A DNA stretch of 53,460 nt from positions 1 to 53,460 of the forward strand of contig JADFIY010000001.1 in NCBI GenBank assembly GCA_022566415.1. The letters run 5' to 3'. The stretch is from Acidobacteriota bacterium. Its GTDB lineage: Bacteria > Actinomycetota > Acidimicrobiia > Spongiisociales > UBA5794. Of the stretch, positions 1 through 11,326 are shown in pieces. A program made the position numbers and the translations under genes. Every line of letters begins with the position of its first letter. The stretch's first letter is position 1. The notes under the pieces are model-generated. The model did not search any database, had not been told where the DNA came from, and saw only the letters and a program-made list of their open reading frames with translations.

Positions 1-220
1 ACACAGCGGTGCTCAGCCAGCGGGAGCGGAGCGAATGTATCCGCGGCAGTTTCTCTTCCTCGATGTCACGCATCTGGATGGTCGCGGAGATCTTGGCCCG
101 CGTCACGCCGCCGGACTGGGTTACAGACACCGCAGCGGAACTGCCCGGCATCAGGGCGTCTTCGTCGCCCTGGGCGAAGGTGGGTGCGAGGCCGGAAAGC
201 AGCCCAAACACGGCCAGCAC
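1..220 (-). CDS. Partial CDS (5' part, runs off the window start) for a probable secreted protein; start codon uncertain
   Basis: Absent from the ORF track because it has no stop in the window. The minus-strand frame reads ...PRRIGHWTAICAAAVLAVFGLLSGLAPTFAQGDEDALMPGSS..., which has a charged n-region, a hydrophobic core and an AxA-like site, with GC-rich third codon positions. The frame is open back to 301. The first canonical start is GTG at 220, inside the hydrophobic core. Confidence 0.3.
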   Translation of the reverse strand, partial: MLAVFGLLSGLAPTFAQGDEDALMPGSSAAVSVTQSGGVTRAKISATIQMRDIEEEKLPRIHSLRSRWLSTAV

Positions 221-456
221 CGCCGCCGCACAAATCGCCGTCCAGTGCCCGATTCGCCTCGGGGCTGCAGAGTGAACGCCTCCGATCGATGGGCATCCGG
301 ATCATGGGCCAGCGGGACCACTCAGCCTACCGCTCAGGGGACGAGCCGTTGCGGTCCGGAGAGAGCCTGCTCTTTGTTCGCAACGTCGTCGCCTGGGTCC
401 GCTCGCTTCATTGTGACGATGTCCCTCGACCTCCCCGGGGTGAGTGCGGATTTGGC

Positions 457-900
457 ATGATGCTGGAGACGGTCGCCGATCTGGGGAAAATGTGGGGTTG
501 GGAGCTGTCACCGGACGCGACCATGTTGGCGTACGCCAAAGCCCCTGACATGGAATCCTCGCCCGACGTCCTGTGGGTTTGGCCCCTGAGCGGGGGAGAG
601 CAACGCCAAGTGGCCCGCGTCGGAGAGGGCGAGGCAATCCGCGCTGTGCGCTGGACGCCCGACGGTCGCCATCTGCTGTTCGCGACCCAGGAAGCCCAAG
701 GCGAACAGGCGTTCAAACGGATCGTCCGCGTAGCGTTGAACGGCGGGCCGCCCGAACCGATGGAACTCCCAATCGACGGTATCCAACTGGGAGAGCTGAC
801 GTTCGAGCCCAACGGCACGCGTGTGGCGTACCCGGTTTCCTCCAATCGCGACGAAGTCTGGACGCTCTCCGGATTCCCGTGGGATCGCGATCGGGAATAG
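457..900 (+). CDS. TolB/PD40-like beta-propeller repeat protein, short (possibly a truncated fragment)
   Basis: C-terminal part of ORF 184..900. It has PD40-like blades (SPDATMLAY, WTPDGRHLLFA, FEPNGTRVAY). The first ATG before the recognisable domain is at 457, and the upstream part of the ORF is not protein-like. No signal peptide is visible. Confidence 0.45.
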   Translation: MMLETVADLGKMWGWELSPDATMLAYAKAPDMESSPDVLWVWPLSGGEQRQVARVGEGEAIRAVRWTPDGRHLLFATQEAQGEQAFKRIVRVALNGGPPEPMELPIDGIQLGELTFEPNGTRVAYPVSSNRDEVWTLSGFPWDRDRE

Positions 901-939
901 TAATGAGTTGCGGACGGAAAATCGGTGTGCTCGCGGCCG

Positions 940-1470
940 TCATGGCCGCGGGCACACTGTTCGCGGTCGACGCCACGGCTCAACGTCCGGCGCCTCCGGT
1001 GACTCCGTGGTTGGTTCCGCCACCTCCCGGACGAGGCTTTCATCTCGCACCGTGTCCACTTCGTCTGTCGTCGGCATGTGGACCGCCGGGCGCACCGGTG
1101 CCTGCCGAGTCTGCGCCACCAGGTAGGTCTCCTCGAGGACGATGATCTCGATTCCGCCAACCAGGTCGGAAATGAGGTTATAGATGAGCGCGCCCAGCGT
1201 CATGAGGCCGGTTAGCACGATAACGCTGATCACGGTGAGAAGGACGATGACCCTGAAGTAGAGCTCACCCTCGGCGTTGAAGACGAGGGCGAAATTGGCG
1301 AAGAACTCAGTGATCTGGTCAGGGATGCCGCGCTGGATCGCCAGCGACCACATCACCCACACCCCGAGGACGATCACCAACCCGGCGATCGCGTTGAAGA
1401 TCAACGAAACCTTGAGAACCGTCCATGGATCGATCTTGCGGATGACGCGCCGAACGCGGCGAACTCCCAT
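940..1470 (-). CDS. DUF3566-family membrane protein (Rv0007-like, conserved next to gyrA in Actinobacteria)
   Basis: 176 aa. IDPWTVLKVSLIFNAIAGL...LGALIYNLISDLVGGIEIIVLEE matches the DUF3566 transmembrane domain. It sits directly downstream of gyrA, as in mycobacteria. Confidence 0.8.
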   Translation of the reverse strand: MGVRRVRRVIRKIDPWTVLKVSLIFNAIAGLVIVLGVWVMWSLAIQRGIPDQITEFFANFALVFNAEGELYFRVIVLLTVISVIVLTGLMTLGALIYNLISDLVGGIEIIVLEETYLVAQTRQAPVRPAVHMPTTDEVDTVRDESLVREVAEPTTESPEAPDVEPWRRPRTVCPRP

Positions 1471-1516
1471 GCGGACGATTCTAGAGAGAGGCCCGGATAA
1501 GGCCGATGTTTAGAAA

Positions 1517-1569
1517 TTCCCGGTTCCCAGTTCCCAGACTTGGGGCTTGCGACTTGCGGCTTGCAATTC
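1517..1569 (-). repeat. Phased heptamer array between the gyrA stop and the DUF3566 gene start
   Basis: Plus-strand reading is TTCCCGG TTCCCAG TTCCCAG ACTTGGG GCTTGCG ACTTGCG GCTTGCA, seven units in one register. In gene orientation this is (NCGCAAG)x4 then (CTGGGAA)x3, the same composite as 36358-36429. Confidence 0.75.
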
Positions 1570-3993
1570 TCAGTCTCCGTTCTTCGGCACCAAGGCAGCG
1601 GCCGACAACGTGGCGCCATCCTCCAGGTTCATCACCTTGACGCCGGTCGACTCTCGTTTCTGCCGACTGATGTCGCTGACCGCCTGCCGGATGACGATCC
1701 CATCGGATGAGATCATGAATACTTCGTCGTCAGCGGTGACGGCTCTGGCCGCGACCAGGCTCCCTCTCACCTTGGTCAGCTTCATCGCCTTGACTCCGAA
1801 CCCGCCTCGCCTCTGACGCCGGAAATGCTCCAAGTTGGTCCGTTTGGCGTATCCGCCTGAGGTCATCAGCAGGATCTCGCTTCCCTCTTCGGCTGTGGCG
1901 GCGGCGACGACCTCGTCGCCTTCCCTCAGTTTGATCCCCCTCACCCCTTGGGAGGCCCGACCCATCGGGCGAGCGTCCTTCTCCGAGAATCGGATCCCCT
2001 TACCGCTCTTGGTGAACATGAGCAAGTCGTCCTCGCCACTCGTTGCTCTGACGGCAACGACCTCATCGTCGTCTTGGAGCTTGATCGCCACCAAGACTTG
2101 GTTCCTCGAGTCGTAGTCGGTGAACTTGGATTTCTTTACTTGCCCCTTCTTGGTGAACATCACCAAATGACGATGCGTCTCGTAGTCGCGGGTGTCGATC
2201 ACTGCTTCGATGACTTCGTCGCCATCCATCGGAAGGACCGATTGGATCAGCACTCCCTTGGCATTCCTGTCCTTGCGCGGGATCTCATGTGCTCGGACCC
2301 GATACACCTTCCCGCGGTTCGTGAAGAAGAGGAGGTAGGCATGGGCTGACGTGTGCAGCACGTGTTCGACGACGTCGTCCTCACGCAACGCCGCCCCGCG
2401 GATCCCGCGTCCACCCCTCCCCTGCGTCCGATACGTCGTGGCGAGGACCGACTTGACGTAGCCCGCTGCGGATACGGTCACCACGAGCTCTTCGTCTGCA
2501 ATCAGATCCTCCAGGGAAGCCTCCCCGGTGTCCGGGATGATCCGGCTCCTGCGGGCATCCCCGAACTTGTCGCGGATAGCGTTGAGCTCCTCGCCGATCA
2601 GCGCCCGACGTTTCTCCTCGCTCCCGAGTAGAGCCTTCAGCTCGGTGATGAGTCCCTGAAGCTGCTCGTGCTCTTCGCGCAGCTTGCCTGTTTCCAGCGC
2701 AGTGAGGCGACGCAGTGGCATGTCGAGGATGTGTGCTGCCTGGATTTCGCTGAACTCGAAGCGCTCCCTCAGGGCCGCTTTGGCCGCGCCTACGTCCTCG
2801 GAAGCCTTGATGATCTCGATCACCTCATCGATGTGATCGAGAGCGATCAGCAGCCCTTCGACGATGTGGGAACGTGCTTCGTTTTGCGCTAGGCGGAAGC
2901 GGCTGCGTCGTTCGATCACCTCCAGCTGATGATCGACGTAGTAATGAACCAGTTCGCTGAGGTTCAGCGTCCTTGGCACAGAATCGACGAGGGCGACCTG
3001 GTTGACCGAAAAGTTCTCCTCGAGCTGTGTTCCCTTGAATAGCTGGTTGAGTACGACCTGCGGATTCGCGTCCTTCTTCAACTCGAACACCAGCCGGGTC
3101 CCGTCGCGATCGGATTCGTCGCGAAGATCGGAGATCCCGGTGATCGTCTTCTTTCTCACCAGCTCGGCGGTCTTCTCCATGATGCGATCACGCGACACCT
3201 GATACGGGATCTCGGTGGCGACGATCGCTGTGCGGTTTCGTTTCGTTTCGACAACGTCGGTCACCGCTCGCATCTTCACCGAGCCGCGGCCGGTCGCCAG
3301 CGCGTCCTTTACCCCGTTGACACCGACGATGTAGGCGCCGGTGGGAAAGTCGGGGCCCTTGACGAACTCGGCCAGATCGTCGACGGTGGCGTCCGAATGG
3401 TCGAGCGCGTAGAGGATTGCGTCGACGACCTCGGTCAGGTTGTGCGGGGGGATGTTGGTGGCCATACCGACGGCGATGCCGGTCGAACCGTTGACGAGGA
3501 GGTTGGGGAACCGGGCCGGCATCACCACCGGTTCGTCACGCTCCCCTGAGTAGTTTGGGGTCCAGTCCACTGTGTCTTCGCCGATGCCCTCCAACAAGTG
3601 GGCAGCGAGTGGAGCCATCCTCGCCTCGGTGTAACGCATCGCAGCCGGCGGGTCATCAACGGTGCCGAAGTTCCCCTGCGGATCGATGAGCGGGTAGCGC
3701 ATCGAGAAGTCCTGAGCGAGCCGGACCATGGCGTCATACACCGCTTCCGGCGAGTGTGGGTGGTACCAACCGACGACGTCACCTATCACCCGCGCCGACT
3801 TGCGGTACGGAGTGCCGGATCGGATCCCCGCGTCATGCATCGCATACAGGATTCTGCGATGCACCGGCTTCAACCCATCGCGCACGTCGGGAAGCGCCCG
3901 GGACACGATCACCGACATCGCGTATTCGAGGAACGAGTCCTCCATCTCGCGTGTGATGTCGATCTGGGAAACTTGTGGTCTATCGGTCATCAT
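1570..3993 (-). CDS. gyrA: DNA gyrase subunit A
   Basis: 807 aa. The N-terminus [35 protein letters not shown] and the C-terminal beta-pinwheel repeats fit GyrA. It lies immediately downstream of gyrB. Confidence 0.98.
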   Translation of the reverse strand: MMTDRPQVSQIDITREMEDSFLEYAMSVIVSRALPDVRDGLKPVHRRILYAMHDAGIRSGTPYRKSARVIGDVVGWYHPHSPEAVYDAMVRLAQDFSMRYPLIDPQGNFGTVDDPPAAMRYTEARMAPLAAHLLEGIGEDTVDWTPNYSGERDEPVVMPARFPNLLVNGSTGIAVGMATNIPPHNLTEVVDAILYALDHSDATVDDLAEFVKGPDFPTGAYIVGVNGVKDALATGRGSVKMRAVTDVVETKRNRTAIVATEIPYQVSRDRIMEKTAELVRKKTITGISDLRDESDRDGTRLVFELKKDANPQVVLNQLFKGTQLEENFSVNQVALVDSVPRTLNLSELVHYYVDHQLEVIERRSRFRLAQNEARSHIVEGLLIALDHIDEVIEIIKASEDVGAAKAALRERFEFSEIQAAHILDMPLRRLTALETGKLREEHEQLQGLITELKALLGSEEKRRALIGEELNAIRDKFGDARRSRIIPDTGEASLEDLIADEELVVTVSAAGYVKSVLATTYRTQGRGGRGIRGAALREDDVVEHVLHTSAHAYLLFFTNRGKVYRVRAHEIPRKDRNAKGVLIQSVLPMDGDEVIEAVIDTRDYETHRHLVMFTKKGQVKKSKFTDYDSRNQVLVAIKLQDDDEVVAVRATSGEDDLLMFTKSGKGIRFSEKDARPMGRASQGVRGIKLREGDEVVAAATAEEGSEILLMTSGGYAKRTNLEHFRRQRRGGFGVKAMKLTKVRGSLVAARAVTADDEVFMISSDGIVIRQAVSDISRQKRESTGVKVMNLEDGATLSAAALVPKNGD

Positions 3994-3998
3994 CGCGT

Positions 3999-6047
<2,049 letters not shown>

Positions 6048-6398
6048 TCAAAGGTTTTTCCTCGCCACTTTTTGTGGAACGACACGAACCCGCACGTTGT
6101 CGACCAGCCCACCTCCGAATCGGCCCGAGATCCGTCTCAACAGGTCTGCTACATCGTGCTTGAGCACGGTGGCATCGGTCCCCGATCGCACCTCGACGAG
6201 AAGCACTCTGCCCCGCACTCCCACCGGACGAGCCCTATCTCGCCATCGTTCGGGAACGATGTCCTTCCACTCCGCGACGAGGGTTCCGGCGTCGACGCTG
6301 GCCCCTGTGCCCACTCGGGAAATGATCGATCCAAGCAATTCGGTGATCTCCTCTAGTTCCCGATCCGGTTCCCCCGGCTGGTAATACTTCGCTCTCAT
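6048..6398 (-). CDS. DUF721 / DciA-like protein (Rv0004 position)
   Basis: 116 aa lying between recF and gyrB, as DUF721 does in Actinobacteria. It overlaps the recF stop by 4 nt (ATGA). Confidence 0.8.
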   Translation of the reverse strand: MRAKYYQPGEPDRELEEITELLGSIISRVGTGASVDAGTLVAEWKDIVPERWRDRARPVGVRGRVLLVEVRSGTDATVLKHDVADLLRRISGRFGGGLVDNVRVRVVPQKVARKNL

Positions 6399-7483
6399 CT
6401 GACGACACCTCCTTCCACCACCCAGCGTCTCCCATCGACCGGAACGTCATCATCGCGTGCGGTTGTGACAAAAACCTGCCCACCACCGAACAGGTCGAGC
6501 ACGCCCCTTGCCCGTCTTGGGTCGAGCTCGGAAAAGACATCATCGAGGAGAAGAATCGGTAGCGTTGGGCGTTCTTGGGCGAGGACACGGTAGGCGCCGA
6601 CCCTGAGGGAGACCGCGATCGTCCGCTGCTCGCCCTGGCTCGCCATCGTCCTTGCCGGGCGCCCGTCCACAACCAACATCGGATCGTCACGGTGGGGCCC
6701 GGTCGTCGTCGTACGTTGATCGAGATCACGGTCGCGCCGCGCCGCCAAAGCACGGCTCAGTTTCGCCTCGGCAGCGGCGAGGTCGTCTGCAGCCGCCGCC
6801 CCCCAATTGGAAATGTATTCCCATGCCAGCCTGCCGCTTGCTCCCACCAATCGGTACGCCTCTCCAAGATGCTCATCGAGAACGTCCAGCACTCTGAGCC
6901 GATGCACGAAGACCCTGGCCCCGGCCTCAGTCACACGGGCGTCCCATGCATCCAACGTCGCCCGATCGGCACTCCTGCCCTCTTGACGTAGCAGGGCGTT
7001 GCGTTGTCGCAATGCCCTGTCGTATTCCGCCTGATCGGCAGCAGCCTGCGGTCGTAGCTGGGCTGCCAGGTCGTCCAGATACCCCCTGCGCAGGCTCGGG
7101 CCACGCTTCACGACATCGAGATCATCCGGATGGAATACCACGACCGGTACTTGGGCGAGCACGTCGCGATTTCGTTTGGGACGTTTCCCGTTCAGCAGGA
7201 TCGCGCGTCGCCCATCTTGTGCGATCTCGACCTCGACGCGCACCGAGCCGGACGGTACGGAGAACTCCCCTCGAAGTACCGCGGACTCGGCCTCGGTCGA
7301 GACTATGGACTCGTCCGGAATGCCACGAAACGAGCGCAGTAACCCGAGATAAGCGATCGCTTCTAACACGCTGGTCTTGCCGGTGCCGTTATTCCCGACG
7401 AGCACATTCACGCCAGGTGCCGGCTCGAAATGGAGGTTTGCGTAGCAGCGGTAACCGTTCAACTCCAGCCAGTTCAGTTCCAC
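6395..7483 (-). CDS. recF: DNA replication and repair protein RecF
   Basis: 362 aa with Walker A GNNGTGKTSVLEAI and an SMC-like C-terminus LLLDDVFSELD. Synteny is dnaN-recF. Confidence 0.95.
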   Translation of the reverse strand: MELNWLELNGYRCYANLHFEPAPGVNVLVGNNGTGKTSVLEAIAYLGLLRSFRGIPDESIVSTEAESAVLRGEFSVPSGSVRVEVEIAQDGRRAILLNGKRPKRNRDVLAQVPVVVFHPDDLDVVKRGPSLRRGYLDDLAAQLRPQAAADQAEYDRALRQRNALLRQEGRSADRATLDAWDARVTEAGARVFVHRLRVLDVLDEHLGEAYRLVGASGRLAWEYISNWGAAAADDLAAAEAKLSRALAARRDRDLDQRTTTTGPHRDDPMLVVDGRPARTMASQGEQRTIAVSLRVGAYRVLAQERPTLPILLLDDVFSELDPRRARGVLDLFGGGQVFVTTARDDDVPVDGRRWVVEGGVVR

Positions 7484-7513
7484 CTGCCTATACGGGCGTC
7501 GTGGCCGCCGCCT

Positions 7514-8593
7514 TCACAGACGGACCGGCATCAGGAGATATCGGAACTCGTCCCCGTCGGCACCGTGCAACAATCCCGGCTTGAGAGGGTCGCTGGTCTC
7601 CAACACGACCGTATCTCCATGTACTGCCGCAGCACCATCGGTCAGGTATCGGGTATTGAACGCGATCGTCATCTCGTCACCTTTGTAAATACCTTCGATG
7701 TGCTCGGTTTCCTCTCCGACTTCCTGTCGGACCACGCTCAGCTCTACTCCCCCGTCGTGGAGGTTGAGCCGCACCGGAATGTGATCCTCGGCAACAAGTG
7801 CCGCCCTCCCCACCGCTTCCAGCAAGGCCTCCTTGGATACCTCCAGCGAGTTCGGGAACTCGTCCGGCAGCAACTGCCGGTAGTTGGGAAAGGTGGCGTC
7901 GATGATCCGAGCCGTGAGGCGCCCGATCTCAGATTCGAAGGTCGCCTCGCGCTCGCCGAGCGTCACCGTCATCGGGCCATCACCGATCGTCCGTTGTAGC
8001 TCACGAAGGGCGCGATACGGCACCAGACGGGAGCCCTTAACACCGATCGAGGGGACATCCCTCACCCCCAGCCGGTATGAATCAGTTGCCACAAGACGAA
8101 GCGCACCTTCGTTTTCCTCGAAAAGGACGCCGGTGAGCGTGGGCCGTGCGTCGTCCCCGGAAGCGGCAGTGCCTACCTGGGTCAGCGCGTCGATCAACAC
8201 CTTGCCATCTACCTCAACGCTATCTCCCTCTGTGCTTTCGGACACCGCCGGGAAATCGTCTACGTTCATCTCCCGCAGCCGGAATCGTGGGCCGTTTCCT
8301 GTGATCTCGACCTCTCCGTCGGCAGCCGTCATCGACACCGCTCCCTGGGGGAGCTTTCTCACCGCGTCCGCTGCCAGCTTGGCCTGAACGACCGTTGCTC
8401 CATCCTCCAGGCCTTCGACCTCGAGGAATGACCGCACAGTCACCTCGTTATCGGTGCCGGTCACCTGGAACCGTCCCCCTCTCACCTCACAAAGAATCCC
8501 CTGCAGGATCGGTAGTGGCGATCGCGTTCCTACAGCTCGGCCGGCCCTAGTGAGGACATCGGCAAGGTCGTCTCGTTCAGCCCGGATACGCAC
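7514..8593 (-). CDS. dnaN: DNA polymerase III beta sliding clamp
   Basis: 359 aa starting MRIRAERDDLADVLTRAGRAV..PILQGIL, ending LMPVRL. GTG start at 8593. Confidence 0.95.
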   Translation of the reverse strand: MRIRAERDDLADVLTRAGRAVGTRSPLPILQGILCEVRGGRFQVTGTDNEVTVRSFLEVEGLEDGATVVQAKLAADAVRKLPQGAVSMTAADGEVEITGNGPRFRLREMNVDDFPAVSESTEGDSVEVDGKVLIDALTQVGTAASGDDARPTLTGVLFEENEGALRLVATDSYRLGVRDVPSIGVKGSRLVPYRALRELQRTIGDGPMTVTLGEREATFESEIGRLTARIIDATFPNYRQLLPDEFPNSLEVSKEALLEAVGRAALVAEDHIPVRLNLHDGGVELSVVRQEVGEETEHIEGIYKGDEMTIAFNTRYLTDGAAAVHGDTVVLETSDPLKPGLLHGADGDEFRYLLMPVRL

Positions 8594-8778
8594 AGTTGGT
8601 TTCTTCCTCTGCTTTCTTATTGAAGTTCAAATCTTAGTGGTAGTAGTAGGGGGTGTGGATTTGGGATAACGCGGAAAAGTTACTGCCGCGTATGAGTTTT
8701 TCGATCCACATCGTGTGTTGACAAGGTGGGGGTTATCGACAATCGGTGATCGACCGGGCTGGGGGTTGGGGAGAACGG
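8594..8778. other. Candidate oriC (dnaA-dnaN spacer) with an AT-rich stretch and DnaA-box-like 9-mers
   Basis: AT-rich 8601-8650 (ttcttcctctgctttcttattgaagttcaaatcttagtggtagtagtag). Box-like sites are GTGTGGATT 8653-8661, TGGGATAAC 8662-8670, GATCCACA 8703-8710 and TTATCGACA 8733-8741. This is the canonical actinobacterial oriC position. Confidence 0.6.
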
Positions 8779-10167
8779 TCATGTTGTCCTCAGTTTGTGG
8801 GTGAGTTGTGAAACCTCGTCGAAGACTTGTTTGTCGCTCCGCATGAGGGTCTTGATCTTGTCGACGGCATGGATGACCGTTGTGTGGTCTCTGTCTCCAA
8901 AGGCCTTGCCTATCTTGGGGAGAGAGAGATCGGTGTTTTCGCGACAGAGGTACATCGCGATCTGTCGCGAGCGAGCCAGGGGCTGCTTGCGGCTTGGTCC
9001 GATCAGATCGGCCGGGGTGATTGCGAAGTGGTCGGCTGTGATAGCGATGATGTGGTCGGCGGTCGGGGGTGCGGTGTCATGGTGGCGGATCACATCGGCG
9101 AGCACCTGTTGCGCCATCGACAGCGTGATTTGCTCGTTGGTCAGGGCGGCAAACGCGGTCACTCTGGTGAGTGCGCCCTCGAGTTCTCTGATGTTCTGGT
9201 GGACGTTTTCTGCAATGTAGGTCATCACCTCCTTCGGAACGGCCGTCGGGGCGAACTCTGCGTTTTTGCGGAGAATGGCGAGGCGGGTTTCGATGTCCGG
9301 TGGTTGGATGTCGGTGAGCAGACCCCACTCGAATCGGCTACGAAGGCGGTCTTCGAGCGTGGACAGGCGCTGGGGGTGGCGATCCGAGCTGATCACCAGC
9401 TGTTTCCCGGCTTCGTACAAGCTGTTGAAGGTGTGGAAAAACTCTTCGAGGATCTGTTCCTTGCCGTCAAAGAACTGCACGTCGTCCAGGAGTAGGACGT
9501 CGATCTTGCGGTAGCGGTCCTTGAACTCATTCATACGCTTGCGTCGGATGCCGTTGATGAATTCGTTGAAAAATTGTTCTGAGGACACGTAGCGCACACG
9601 TGCCGAGTTGTCGATTTCCATCCGGTGGTGGCCGACGGCGTGCAGGAGGTGGGTCTTGCCGAGCCCGGCGTTTGCGTAGATGAACAACGGGTTGTATTGG
9701 CTCCCGGGTTGTTCGGCGACGGCGAGGGCAGCGGCGTTGGCGAATCGATTGGACTGGCCGACCACAAAGTTGTCGAAGGTATATCTCGGAACCAGGCGGG
9801 GGCCGGGAGTGGGCGGCGACGACGGTTCCTCCTCGATGGGAAGGCTCGATTGCACAGGCGGTGTCGTTGTTGCGGGATCCGATTCGACGTCTGGCTCGCG
9901 GAAACCAAATTCGATGCCGATACCGAAGACATCCTGGGCGGTTTGTTCGATGACCGGGAGATATCGATCCCCCACCCAGCGGTAGTGGAACTCGGTGGGA
10001 GCAACGACCCGGAGAGTTCCGGACTCGGTCGAGGATTTCAACGGCTCGATCCACGTCTGCCATGCCGCCTCAGGGATGCGACGACGCAATTCCCGGTGAA
10101 ACGTATCCCAGTCAACGGTCGTCGTTTGAGGATCCCCCACTTTTCCCAACTCCTCCTGGTGCTGCAT
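8779..10167 (-). CDS. dnaA: Chromosomal replication initiator DnaA
   Basis: AAA+ region (GLGKTHLLHA, LLLDDVQF) and a C-terminal DNA-binding domain (DHTTVIHA). The 586-aa track ORF is over-extended. Domain I begins after ATG 10167 (MQHQEEL...); ATG 10182 is an alternative. Confidence 0.93.
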   Translation of the reverse strand: MQHQEELGKVGDPQTTTVDWDTFHRELRRRIPEAAWQTWIEPLKSSTESGTLRVVAPTEFHYRWVGDRYLPVIEQTAQDVFGIGIEFGFREPDVESDPATTTPPVQSSLPIEEEPSSPPTPGPRLVPRYTFDNFVVGQSNRFANAAALAVAEQPGSQYNPLFIYANAGLGKTHLLHAVGHHRMEIDNSARVRYVSSEQFFNEFINGIRRKRMNEFKDRYRKIDVLLLDDVQFFDGKEQILEEFFHTFNSLYEAGKQLVISSDRHPQRLSTLEDRLRSRFEWGLLTDIQPPDIETRLAILRKNAEFAPTAVPKEVMTYIAENVHQNIRELEGALTRVTAFAALTNEQITLSMAQQVLADVIRHHDTAPPTADHIIAITADHFAITPADLIGPSRKQPLARSRQIAMYLCRENTDLSLPKIGKAFGDRDHTTVIHAVDKIKTLMRSDKQVFDEVSQLTHKLRTT

Positions 10168-10172
10168 CGCTG

Positions 10173-10204
10173 CTGTCCACATACCTGTCCACAGGTTGTG
10201 GAGA
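10173..10204. promoter_or_regulatory. Cluster of three DnaA boxes at the dnaA translation start
   Basis: CTGTCCACA 10173-10181, CTGTCCACA 10185-10193, and inverted TTGTGGAGA 10196-10204. These match the high-GC actinobacterial box consensus (T/C)(T/C)GTCCACA. Confidence 0.55.
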
Positions 10205-10587
10205 ACCTTTCCTCGCGTTCCTGGCCGTCTCAGAGGCCGGTGCTCGAGAGTCAACCTCCCCAGGGAAAGCTGCGACGGACGCTGAGAGCGGCGGGAGTAT
10301 ATTGCAGATACAAACTCGGCGGCAAGAGCGCCAAATCCACCGGTAACGGTTGCTCTGCGAATTGGGCGGATGGGCCGACAACCGTACAGGTAAAGGGTAT
10401 CGGGCGATTCACGGGATGGGTGGGTTTCGCGCGCCGGCCACGGAATGGGGCGAAAAGCCACTGTGCGTTGTTTCGCGACCAACGCGGAGTTTTCGCGCGA
10501 TGGTGGCTGCGGCGGCGTACCGAGGCAGCGCGGGTACACTTTCGGCGTCCGTGACCGCCATCCCGATGATCAGGGGCCGATCTCGTT

Positions 10588-10722
10588 ATGAAGCGTACGT
10601 ATCAACCCAATGTCCGGCGGCGTAAGCGAAAGCACGGGTATCGCTCCCGGATGCGAACTCGCGCGGGTCGCGCCGTGGTAAGGAAGCGCCGGCTCAAGGG
10701 TCGGCGACGGCTCACTGCGTAG
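10588..10722 (+). CDS. rpmH: 50S ribosomal protein L34
   Basis: Below the ORF-track size cut-off. Translation is [44 protein letters not shown], divergent from dnaA. Confidence 0.95.
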   Translation: MKRTYQPNVRRRKRKHGYRSRMRTRAGRAVVRKRRLKGRRRLTA

Positions 10723-11044
10723 CGGCCGACCGTTTGTTGCGCTCGCGTCCTCGCGATTTGCCGCGGTGTATGGACGCGGCAGACGTTCCGGGGATGAGGG
10801 ATTAGTCGTGATAAGCGCCTCTGGCGACTCGGGACCAGCACAGGTGGGTATCGTTGCGGGCCGAGGCGTGGGGAACGCGGTTCGCAGGAACCGGGCGAAG
10901 CGACGTCTCAGAGAGGCGCTGAGTCTGGTTGAGTTACGGCCGGGCACAGCATATGTTGTGATCGCTTCCCACGAAGTGGTGGCGATGCCGTTCGACCGAC
11001 TTGTACGGCGGCTCGCCCAGGCCATCGAAGGGACTGAGGAGTAA
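10715..11044 (+). CDS. rnpA: RNase P protein component; start uncertain (possibly CTG 10715, first canonical start is GTG 10766)
   Basis: Contains [11 protein letters not shown]...[24 protein letters not shown]. The conserved N-terminal F-x-x-V region lies upstream of the first ATG/GTG/TTG. The frame is open from 10682 and overlaps the rpmH 3' end. Confidence 0.8.
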   Translation: MRSGRPFVALASSRFAAVYGRGRRSGDEGLVVISASGDSGPAQVGIVAGRGVGNAVRRNRAKRRLREALSLVELRPGTAYVVIASHEVVAMPFDRLVRRLAQAIEGTEE

Positions 11045-11050
11045 CGGGAG

Positions 11051-11326
11051 ATGAGCAGCCAGACGGCGCAGAGGGTTTCGCCGGTAGCGCGCCTGCTCAT
11101 GGTGTTGGTGCGGGCGTACCAGAAAATCCTTTCCCCGTTCATGGGTGGGAAATGCCGTTTTCATCCGTCCTGCTCGGTCTATGGCTATGAGGCTCTCGAA
11201 AGGCACGGTGCCGTCAAGGGTTCCTGGATGGCGATCAAGCGGATCGGTAGGTGCCAACCGTTCCGTGAAGGTGGTCTCGATCCGGTCCCCGGCTCCCCCG
11301 ATGATCGGTTGGGGACGACTATATGA
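11051..11326 (+). CDS. yidD: Membrane protein insertion efficiency factor YidD
   Basis: LVRAYQKILSPFMGGKCRFHPSCSVYGYEALERHG is the YidD signature. Confidence 0.9.
   Translation: MSSQTAQRVSPVARLLMVLVRAYQKILSPFMGGKCRFHPSCSVYGYEALERHGAVKGSWMAIKRIGRCQPFREGGLDPVPGSPDDRLGTTI

Noticed and set aside
903-1145. Plus-strand ORF with a signal-peptide-like start (MSCGRKIGVLAAVMAAGTLFAVDATAQ)
   Set aside because: It overlaps the C-terminal tail of the well-supported minus-strand DUF3566 gene. Its third-position GC collapses after the first ~30 codons. It is probably a chance ORF, although the DUF3566 tail is itself low-complexity, so this is not fully excluded.
10168-10539. The 586-aa dnaA model starting at 10539
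   Set aside because: The extra ~120 residues are not DnaA-like. The region contains DnaA boxes and promoter-like AT-rich sequence. DnaA domain I begins right after ATG 10167.
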